Assembly: GCF_009914755.1 (NCBI RefSeq)
Contig: NC_060947.1
Origin: the human T2T-CHM13v2.0 reference genome, Homo sapiens
Length of the DNA: 64,000 nucleotides
Direction: 5' to 3' (one strand)
In this document: positions 53,463-64,000 of the stretch, one piece after another
Position numbering within the stretch: position 1 is the stretch's first letter
How the letters are laid out: each line of letters starts with the position of its first letter
Notes under the pieces: generated by a model
Database searches by the model: none
The model's input: the letters and a program-made list of their open reading frames with translations, nothing else
What the model was told of the DNA's origin: nothing
Position numbers and translations under genes: made by a program

Positions 53463-54899
53463 CCCTCACCAAAATAAAAAACAATTAAGAATATACTTTG
53501 AAAAGCATTAAGCTATCTAATTTTAAGTATTCCTTTCGTCTAATTCCACTTAATTAAACTTCTAAGATGTGAACAGGTCCACGCATTTGCTTGCTCAATA
53601 ATCACCTCAAATGACCAAGGGAGAATCTGGAGGAGGAAAACCCATGCCTTCCTGGCTGGCTCTCACAATAGAGAAGTTCTAAGTGGGCTTCACATGTTTC
53701 AAACTTTCTAAGTATCTTCTTCCTTCCCTTCAATCTTTTGGTGGCTTGCCTTTCCTGAGAAGTCCAGAGGCCCACTTTTAGCCAAATCTGAATATTGGAA
53801 GCTTTTCTCTTGAGGAGAAAAATAAGTGACAATCTAGCTCCTTGAAGATCCAGTTAACTACCTTGTAAAGCAGGAGTGGACTCCATGAAATACATGAACA
53901 ATTTCTCTCTCCAGAACCTTTGCCAGACTTGGCACAGGCTGGTCTATTAGAAATACATAATTGAATATTCTTAACAATTCAATTCTTCAACCTCACTTTG
54001 ATCAATAGTTCATTACCTAAGTTAGATCTGCCAAATGGGCAAACTCTTCAGCCCATTTATCCCATATTTGCATGAATATTATGCTGTGAATGTTACGCTC
54101 CTTTGAACTTCAAAAGAGTTTCCTGGCCTCATTGACTACAACTTTAACAACAGAGCATAATGGAGTTATACACAAGGACCTTTTCCCAGCTAAAGAACTC
54201 AAACCTTGCTGATGCTAAACAGTAACAAACTTTTATGTAAGCAACAAATGGCTCATTCATCCATTGCAATGCACTATCAGTATTTTCGGGTTTCCTGAGC
54301 CTGTCTTCTCTCTTATAAGAGAAATTGTAACTATGGCTAATTAGCTACCAGCAAGTGGCAGCACCCATCTTCACCATTCCTTGTGATGAGCTTTCCACAA
54401 ACAAAGCGTTTTTTCCACACCTCTTCAGATTTCTGAATCAATTGAGTGAGCATCTTTGACCATAATGGCATCCCCCGTCATTCCCCTGTGATGCCCCAAA
54501 TAGGAGAGCAAACAGGCTACAAAACACATTCCTTGACCTAAAAGCTTATATTCTAACCAGCCCCTGCAAGATAAAAAACTTTGCCTTCTTTTGGTAAAAT
54601 GGTGTCAGACAAGGAGAGACGTGAAGGGTTTATGACCCAGGCCTACTCTTACCCATTTTCTGAAGTTTTTCCAGTTGCTTTCCTTTTTAATTTTAGAAAA
54701 CCCCTCTGTTTCTTCATCTACTCACATACCAACTTGTCTCTAGAGTTGCACAGTAAAAATATGGGAAATAAGATGTACTTTTACTTTAAAAAGAGCTTTT
54801 CTCCTGTTTTAAAAGTGAAACTTGCCAATTGTGGAAATTTTGGAATAGACAGAAGCATAAAAGTGAGCAAAAATAACATTCATAAACCTACCATCCGGA

Positions 54900-55965
54900 G
54901 ATTTAAAAAAAATTAGTTCCCCATTGCATACCATACAGGAATATAAATTTCAGATGGAATAGAGAACTATGGGTAAAACATAAAATTATGGCAGCAGTAG
55001 AAGAAAATATAAAAATATAGGGTGAGAAAGACCTTCCTAGGAATAAGAAATCCAGAAGCCATACAGAAAATGAATGACAGATCTGACTACGTAAAATTTT
55101 AAAACTTCTATATGGGAAAAATACAACTTAAAGATTAAAACAAGTGGCATATCAAAAATAATATTTAAAATATAAAAGGTTAATAAGTAAGTTTTTAACA
55201 AATAAATATCACAAGCAACCAAACTAAAAATAGACAATTCACTGAAGAAATAAAATTGAACTAGTACATAATCGAAAAGATGCTGCAGAAAGAGAAAAAT
55301 ACCAAGCAAAACTTACAGATTATTTCTCCTATTAAAATGGCCCCAAAATACAAAGATTGATTATAATCTTGGTGAAGGAATTAGAAATGGACTTTCATAC
55401 ATAGATGGTGGGAGCATAAATTAATACAACTTATATGAAGGGCAATTTGACAGTACTTATGAAGATTAAAACTGAACATGCACTTCGACTATTTCTCACA
55501 AATACTTGAATAAGTGCCTAAAGATGTTCATAAATGTCTTACTTTTAATAGCAAAAACCGGAAACAACCTCAATATCTACAAATATAGACTGGTTAAATA
55601 AACCAATGCAAACTTATGCAACTGCAAACCATGCAAGCATTAGAAAGAATATGGCACTATTACATTGCAATGTATTGACATGGAAGGATGTCCTACACAC
55701 ATTATTGAGCAAAAGCAAATCACAGAAAAGTGTATATAATATCCTATTTTTGTAAAATAAAATATCATACAGGCATGTATATATAATTTTATAAAACAAA
55801 GAAAGTAGTTTGGAAGATCACACAGCAAACCACTAATAATGGTTATCCCAGGAGAGTGGAATGAGAGTTTAGGGACACATGTTCCATATGAAGCTCAGAT
55901 GCTTTCATGTTGTTTTGTATAATAAGCATATATATTAATTTTATAATTTAAGAAACTTAAAAATA
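54900..55965 (+). mobile_element. Old L1ME/MC 3' fragment
   Basis: acagatctgactacgtaaaattttaaaacttc...gcaaaaaccggaaacaacctcaa...gcattagaaagaat. Confidence 0.7.
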
Positions 55966-56635
55966 AGTTAACAAGCATTTCCCAGGGCCACCAAATTTTC
56001 AATAAACAGTGTTTTTAATAGTAGCATTATATTGCATTACCTGGATCATTTTTGTAACTATTTATCTATGAACTGACATTTCCACTGCTTCTGACTTCTC
56101 ACTGTTAGAGCTGCAATATAAATCTCTGTGCATGCATATTGTGTGTGTTTGTGTATGTGCATGCATATATCAAGACAGCATATATAGGACATATGCTTTG
56201 AGGTTTTCCCTTTAGCAGAGATGATTTTGCATGTCTTCAGAACAGTTAGCTTGGGCATGGACACACATAATGATGCTCAGTGGCTCACTAAGGGAAGGAC
56301 CATGACCTTAGCGTCATCATCTGACAATAAGCCTGAAACACTGGACCAGATCTGGTGCCCTAGGCCATCTGTTACATAATCACTTTGGCACCAATTGAAT
56401 ATCAAAAGGGCTTGGGACAAATTCATCAGCACAAGGAAATATTAGAAAGTAGTAGATTTGGGTTTGTAATTTTTTTAAGTCACATCTTTCTTTGTCTAAG
56501 TTTCATGGACAATATTCAATTCTTCATAAATATGAAAGGCTTTCCATAAGAGATGGTCTTCTGAGAGTTACAAGCTTTCCCCATGAGGTCATCATTAACA
56601 GGCTATAAGGGAAGTTTCTCTCTAAGACAGGAAGA

Positions 56636-56765
56636 TTTTTTTGTATAAATTTAAGGGGTACAGGTGCAGTTTTGTTACATGGATATATCGCATAAAGTGT
56701 GGACTTTAAGTGTAACCATCACCCAAATAATGTACATTGTACTTATTGAGTAATATTTCATCCCT
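56636..56765 (-). mobile_element. L1PB4-like 3' terminus
   Basis: tttaaggggtacaggtgcagttttgttacatggatata...gtgtaaccatcacccaaataatgtacattgtac. Confidence 0.8.
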
Positions 56766-58137
56766 AAGCCCAGCTAATTGTGAGCTGAGCTGAGAATGCA
56801 TGGATGCTTCTGTCACATCCACTTAAATCAAGGAAGGCTTCTGGAAGAGGAGGATTCTGAGATGAACTATATTCAAGTGGAAGAAGAAGGAAGCAATTTG
56901 AGGGATACAAGAGTAGAGGCTGATCCAAGCTTCCTTGCTGAGATCATGCCCCACTAAACTTCCTTTTGTGTCCCAATCATACTAGATATCACCATACACC
57001 GCTCATGCTCAAAAGCATAATCAAAAACACTATTAAACACTGTTTCTCCCAGGAAGAAGACTACACTTACTATGAAAATTGTAGTGGGACAGAAACACAC
57101 TTAAGGATGGAATAGGCTTGGCACTGTTCTCCTTGTCAGCAAGCCTTCTGCCTGATCTATTTAACTTATGTGATAAAAGAGATAAAGGTTTAAGTGAAGG
57201 GCTTCAGATGCTGCTTCAGTTCCTACCAAGAATATTTTCACAGCTCCTTCTCATGAATAAGTTCAGTGAAGCAGAGAATGCCCCTCTTGGACCAATTCCA
57301 TTTTGTGCTTTTTTTGATGCTGTCAAAAAGGGGAACTAGAGCTTAGGCTTTTCCTTCAAATTTAGAGCAAGCATCTACCTCAGAGATGGCTGCAAGTGGC
57401 CCAAAGAAGGTAAGACCCACATTGTGCAAAGGCAGCAAGAACGGATATGTCGACCGTTACTCATAAATCTCCTAAACGTGGCAGCAAGGAGGGTTAATTA
57501 TCCCCCCCGCCCCCACTTCCTGCCACTCTCTGCTTTCTCCAATGTGTTAGCCCATTACACGGATCGCTGACTTTCTAGAAATATTCCCTGGCTTTGCGGG
57601 GATGTTCTTTTCAATAAATGGCATCCAATTTGCTAACGGTCCCTGGAATCTCAATTTCCTCAAAACATTTTTCATCTGAGCCCAGTTCATAGGAAGGTTT
57701 CGTCCTTCCTCGTTTTTCGGCATAAGGGAATAGGCAGAGCCTGCTTTTCTTTTTCTTTTTTTTTCTTTTCTGTGTCATTATTTTTCATAAACTGAAAGCC
57801 TTTGCTGAAGAGTCTGAAATTTGGGAAAATTCCAGCTCATCTGTCAGATATTTCTAGAGTTACGTAAAATGTAATGAGATTTGTATAGTTTAGAACAGGG
57901 AAGAGAAAATAAGCTAATGTGTCATATGTTCTATGAGACAAAGACTACATGATAATCAGAAAAACAGCCCCAAATTTAGTTGGCCTGATTCAAAGCTCTC
58001 ATTCTTTTATCAATTCATGCATAAACCAGTAACATTCACTTTCTTCTCTTAGAATAATGGCACGGCCACATTTGGGCTAAATCATAATTGCTACAGATTA
58101 TAGCCACATTTTCAAAGAAATTATAAAAAGTGTATTA

Positions 58138-58371
<234 letters not shown>

Positions 58372-61300
58372 CTAGAATAAAAAAAAAATGTCCTAGAATT
58401 TACATAAGTGTAAGTATTGTCTGCCTGCACAAGATAAAGGACTTGCCTCTCCTGTCTTGCAAGGCTTGTGGGTGAAAATTCAAGTGAATGAGGGTGCATT
58501 CCTATCCAAAGCTGAGGCTAAGTCCTTACAGGCAAGTTATAGGAAAATGAAAATAAATTTTGAAATCTTCCTTTCTAAGGGAATTAAAGTTGATTTCTCA
58601 AGAGATTTTTTTGGGAGAAAAGGGAAACTTTAGCTTGCAAAAACGGTTATTTTAGCAAACAAGGTAAAAGTAACAAGCATGAGACCAAGCAATTTCTGAA
58701 ATGAAAGTTAACTAATCTTAGCTTCAAGACTACTTTTACCGTTAATCCTTTTGGAATGAAGTACAAATTGATCAGTTTCTCCTGTGTCCTCTATGAGATC
58801 TACAAGGATCTTTGGTTTGGCAACTAATATTGCAAAAGATAGATGTAATTAGCAAATGGATGCAATTAAACACCTGAAAAGTTTTACTGCTTAAAATGGT
58901 TCCAACATATTCCTCCCCCAAGAAGTCCATTGTAAAATGGAAATTTTAAATGGGCCATTTTTAGGGGAAATTGGGCAAATTAAATAGATAATTTGTTCAC
59001 CTTGCACCACCATGCAAAAGACCATTAAAACAACTACAGTTCTTCAAAACATGAGATTGGCATTCCCAGTATAAGGGGTAGAAATCTTAAACCTTTTGAA
59101 CCTTGGAACACAGAAAGTTTGCTGTAGCTCACATCTAGTCACGGATCATTTCCACAGATGTTAGAGTTTGCAAAATTCCTCCAATGGGTGATCTGAAAAT
59201 ATTGAAATGTTCTAAAAACACCAGATTCAATCTGAATGGGAAATGAACTCATTGATCTTTCCAGAAAGTCCAACCTAAATATTGCACATAAAGAACTTGA
59301 AGGAATGCAAAACGATCATTTTGGAGAGTTGAATATCTTTGGGCTCTGAAGTAGATGCTACAGCTCCTACTTAAATGCTATGAAGTTGCCTGGGTCATTC
59401 AAAATCCACTGTTTCAATTATGAATGCATAACCAAGGAAGAACTGATGATAGAGTAATCTGTGCTATCAAACAAGATTTGCAGCACCGTCTGCCTTCCTT
59501 CTTTACCTCCTCCCTGCTCCTTAAAGAACCAAATTCTCTCAGGACATGTTCCTACCCATCTAAAGACCTGAGTTCTGATGTCTTGGTCCCCTCTGTGAGT
59601 TTGTGGCCCACTTACAATCACTCAGAATGTTACTGTCCCTTGAGGGCTACCACGTTTATTCGAAACAAATCATTTTCATTAACAATTTAACACAGCTACC
59701 CACCTCAGTGAGGTTCTTCCTGAGCCTATTCTAATAAGTTTATTCCCCAAGCCTCCAAAAGAGAAAGATTTTTAACCACTGAAATCCAATTTATCACATT
59801 CATATATGGATTTCAACGGGTGTTTCTGAAACCATGGTTTTAGGGTCTCCCCATGCGAGAATCAACAGGGCTGCTTTTCTTGTATAATGGTTGGGCGATT
59901 CGGTGAACTGTAGCATTGCTTCATAACTCAAGTTGGCAAGAAAACAGCTCATAGATTTTTTTGCCTTTCTTAGGTCCCAACTAATATTATGAGCAAATAA
60001 AAAAGTTGGTAACTAGAGAGCAATTAATCTCCTTTGGCGTTCCTGTCATCTGTGTGGCCTCCCAGGCTGTGATGGAGAACATCAGAAAATGAATCGCTTT
60101 ATAAATATTCACTTTTGATTTACAAGATCCTGAAGTCCTGCCTTTGTATTCTGTGCAGAAATATGAACCAAGAAGAGTTCCCTCCCCAGATCTCCTCACT
60201 GTTCAATTTCTCTTTATCTCTTCAGCTTTTTCTTTTAGGGAAGGGGGTGGTTCAAAACATGTGTTGGGACTGCAGCAGTAAACACTAGCAAGCATTGCTC
60301 AGCGAACTTAGCCGACTCTTATTCTTGCAAAGAGCCAAACTGTCCTTAATTTTTCAAATTATACTTTGACCCAGTTAACTGGAGTTATTTCTGCATTAAC
60401 TCTCTGTCTGCTTCACACAGGCTGTTGTGCCATTGAACTTGCACTGGCTCTTTTACAGGTTACTTAGACATGTAGCCATTGACATGCTTCAGGGGATCCA
60501 GGACCCAACAAGAAAGCAACAACAACAACAAAAAAACAAAACCCTGCAACTAACACAGGTAGTGGAGGTGGGATGGGAGAGTTCCTGTGTTTTACAAGAG
60601 AAAGAGAAATGTATCAAGTACCAAAAGAAAGGTATTTATTAAGGTGCTTCCATGAAACAAGCATTCACATTGTTCATCTGCGTTAAGCAAAGGGACCAAC
60701 TGCTCCTTGCCCAGCTGTGACTGCAAGGCAATCTGGGCCATCAAGTGTCAGGAGCCCACTTTCAGAACAGGTCTCCTGGGTAGAACAGAAGCAAAGAGAC
60801 ATCCCCACAGGAAGGCTAAGGGATGAACACATGTCAGCCAGTTCTTCACGCCCCACAGTGTCTCTTTAATCCTCCTGAGAGGCTTGACTGACCTTGTAAT
60901 CTCACATTGACTATCATCTGTGGGACAGCCCCTAGGGTAGCAATTTTCTTTCCGACAAACAATAAGAAAGACACTGGAGTCCCAGGCCCTTGTCCATCAG
61001 CTGAAATCCTCTCCCCACTCTACCACCCAGCAAGAAAAGTTCAGTTAACTGGTGGTGTGTTGCCACTGAAAATGGCAGTTTTAACCCAGGGTATCTCTTG
61101 TTGGAGGAAATGCTTTCATTGCTGCTTATGACTGACAAACAATGCCTCGCATTTGGCTTGCAAAACACCTTTCTATCATTTCATTTCATTCCACACAACT
61201 CCACCTTCAAAATGGGCACTGGGGGGACCCAGAGAACTCAAATAACTTTAGTGGCAGGGCTGGGAGGGACTGGAAAGCAGGCTTTCCGGGCCCTATGTTC

Positions 61301-61729
61301 TGGCAATATACCACGTTGCTTCCAGAGCCTAGTGTCTCAAATTCTGACCCCCGTAGTCAGGGACAAAAAATGAGGCAGATGGCCAGAGGATAGGATAGGG
61401 AGCCTTTCGCCCATCTACCCTGCTACATTAACTTTACCATGTATTCATCAGCAAAATGAGAAAACAGGCTCAGGAATACAGGCAGTGATTAAGGGGACTG
61501 CAGAGTCCCTTGGGTAGCTCAGGGTGGAGTACCTAAGTGACCTCTCAAAGCGCCAGAGCATAAAGAAATGCAGGCCGAGTGGGGAGGGACGAGCTGTGAG
61601 TTCGAATTCAGAGACCCCCAACTTGCTTTGGTCAGAAGCCTTGGGCCCCACCTCCATCCAGGTTGCTAACTGCTGGAGCACAGAACAGGTTGGGGTGGCA
61701 GGGGAATTTGGGGCACCCTGGGGAAACTT

Positions 61730-62480
61730 CCAGGGACGGCTCCGGCCAAGAGAAGGCAACCCACCTGTGCAAAGGCTGGAAAAGGAGGTGAGGGAAGCGG
61801 GCGCCGGGCACTGCTCACTAACCTGGGCACTGGCCTTCTCCGTCTGCCACGCGTGCACGCGCTCCGAGCTCCCCGGGGCGCTCTCGTCCGAGGTCTGGGG
61901 CTGGCAGGTTGTGGCGAGAGCTAGAGTGCGCGCGAGGGGGGAGGGGGAACTCAAAAGTGGGTGGGAGGAAAAACATCACCGCCCTCACACCACGAGGGAG
62001 CAGCGGCTTGCTCGGCTCCCGGGGGCAGAGCCAAGGCGCGGGCGCGGCGGCCCGGGGCCACCTGCCCGCCCTCCCGCTCGCTCCCCACTTGGCCCGAGAA
62101 GCCGGCTGCTCGGCGCTGGCGGGAAGTCCGCAAGCACGCAGCCGCTGCAAGCACGCACACTTTCTCCACCCCGGCACAATGGCTTTATTTCTGCTCCCCC
62201 GGCCCGAAAGTTTAAAAATCGGGAGAAAGTGTGAGACTCAGCCGGCTACTTTCCCATCACACAGCGCCCCCACTGCAGCCCCCACTCCTTTGGCTAGGCG
62301 AGCGTTGGGGTCTTAAAGGGACCGCACAGCTCCTCCGGTCCCTCCTCCCCCTCTGCACTGGATGCACCTAGGAGCTCCCCACCACTCGCGCACGCCCTGA
62401 AGATACCGACTACCCTCTGACTCCCCTGCCTGGAAGCCCACACCCGCTCTCCTCCGGCACCAAGGCCTTTCCGAGGTGTG
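61730..62480. promoter_or_regulatory. CpG island / CHRDL1 promoter
   Basis: Sharp rise in GC and CpG density (cgcgcg, ggcgcggcgg), GC-box-like motifs, no repeats, overlaps the first exon. Confidence 0.9.
61823..61976 (-). other. CHRDL1: CHRDL1 exon 1 (5' UTR); 5' boundary uncertain
   Basis: Donor CCAG|GTTAGT at 61823/61822 at the downstream edge of the CpG island, about 3.5 kb upstream of exon 2. Confidence 0.75.
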
Positions 62481-63129
62481 CACCTGGTCTGGTCCTGAGC
62501 TGGTGCCCTGGACACAGAATGAACCCTCCTCGCAAATCACGCCCTAGCATGCTGCTTATCATTTCAGGGCGTTTCCCATATCCACACTGTGGCTAACAGA
62601 GTGACAAAGCTTTGGTTTGGTGTCCTTAAAGGCGGGGTGGAGATGGGTGTGTGTAGGGTCAGGGATTAGAAATCCACTTTCTCTTACAAACTGGGCTCCC
62701 AAGCCTCATGGAAAGGGCCTGTTCTAACTGTTAAGTGTCTTGAAGAAAACTTGGTGCCACACACTATACCCACCATTTTTTTTTTAAATGAGTCCCTAAG
62801 CTTCTAAGTTGGGCCAAGAGCTCAACCTGGAAATCACAGTAGCACTGCTGATGCCTTGGTGGGCCTGCCTACTCCAAATTTGTGTTTATTCAACAAGTGA
62901 TAGTTGCAAAGAATTGTCAGAAACTTCTAGGGTCCAGGAAAGTGCTGCCTCGACAGACAAAATTTTAAGCCCCTAAATTTGGAGAAGAACCGCAGAGCTT
63001 TTTTCTAGATGAACTAGATAAATATCTATATTCCTAACATCTGTATAGTACTTTATGGCTTACGGAGTGTTTTCACATACATCAACATTACTTTTTAAAC
63101 CCTCAAAACCAACCGAACTACCTGAGGTC

Positions 63130-63362
63130 TCAAGTGTTAGAGTTGGTGGGGAACTTCTGAACCATTCAGCTTAACTTCATCATTTCACAGAAGAGGAAAC
63201 TGAATTGGGGGAAGAGGATGATGTATCTAAGGTCACACAGCTAGTAAATGACAAATTTGAGATTCCAATCCAGATTCCCTGACTTTCAACCCACTACTCT
63301 CTGGTTGTTATCTCCAGTCTGTAGATGAGGAAATTGATGTTCAGAGAAACTGTGGCTTGTCA
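63130..63362 (-). mobile_element. MIR fragments
   Basis: catttcacagaagaggaaactga...aaggtcacacagctagtaaatg; gtagatgaggaaattga. Confidence 0.7.
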
Positions 63363-63389
63363 AAAAAACAAACAAACAAACAAACAAAC
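63361..63389. repeat. (CAAA)n
   Basis: Directly visible. Confidence 0.9.
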
Positions 63390-63944
63390 CACTTATCAGG
63401 AACAGAAAACAAAGAAAAATTAAAACAAGAATAATTGTCCCTGAACGTTACCTCCTTTTGCTTTTTCAGAAGTGTTAATAGTATCCAGCTAGCCCCTGCA
63501 TTGCTGGTGATGTTTATTTCACTGTTAACAAAGGAAAGGGGGCCCTTTCTGTAATGTTGCCTTCAGGGCCCAAAATGTCTAGCTCCGTCCTGCTGCCTGG
63601 GTAGCCATACACTGCCACATGCATTCAATTTGTGCTGTTGTATATCGGTTTGAACTTGCTGATTTGTTGCCTTATAACTGTTCTCATGCCGTTTAATGCA
63701 GTGATGTTTTGTCTTACTAGATTGTGAGTTCTTCAAGGGCAAGGACTGGTTGTTCAATTTCTCTTGTGCGTGCATTACCCAACTCCCATCATTACTTCCA
63801 ACATGCTTACAGAGTATTCTGGAAAATGAGTTTCAAGGGATAGTCTGAGACAAACATAAATTCTAGCATTTAAAATAAATAGACTCACTGGGATTTAAAA
63901 GTTCATCTATTTGGCTACAACCACTCACTCCCTTGCTTGGTGTA

Positions 63945-64000
63945 GAATCCTAATTACTGCATAACAAACCATCCGAAAACCTAGTGGCTTAAAGCAAGCA
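63945..64000 (-). mobile_element. MLT1 LTR 3' end, cut by the window edge
   Basis: ctgcataacaaaccatccgaaaacctagtggcttaaagcaa. Confidence 0.6.

Noticed and set aside
61448-62540. Long overlapping ORFs on both strands (up to 236 aa) in the CpG island
   Set aside because: Expected from stop-codon scarcity in GC-rich DNA; low-complexity R/P/A/G content, no recognisable domain, mostly non-ATG starts

Overview
Primate (very probably human, X-linked) genomic DNA containing the 5' half of CHRDL1 (chordin-like 1, a secreted BMP antagonist) on the minus strand. Supported from the sequence: a CpG-island promoter and non-coding exon 1 (donor at 61823), exon 2 (58161-58288, start codons and signal peptide), and exons 3 and 4 (28775-28887 and 25741-25834), which together encode the first VWC/chordin-type cysteine-rich domain. 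I did not find exon 5, so it presumably lies to the left of the window. The rest is intronic and rich in repeats (L1, Alu, MIR, L2, solo LTRs, hAT MITEs). I cannot support a wholly new biological system. The best leads are: (i) a rare, internally deleted Merlin (IS1016-like) DNA transposon with TIRs and a 9-bp TSD, nested in an inverted L1 that is itself inside an older L1; (ii) tandem splice sites at the exon 1/2 junction that would switch an upstream ATG between a uORF and an in-frame N-terminal extension; (iii) a PBX-HOX/MEIS motif cluster around exon 4; (iv) two twin-priming L1 inversions. Exon, TSD and TIR coordinates were counted base by base. Old-repeat boundaries and subfamily names are approximate and come from recalled consensus sequences, not a database search.
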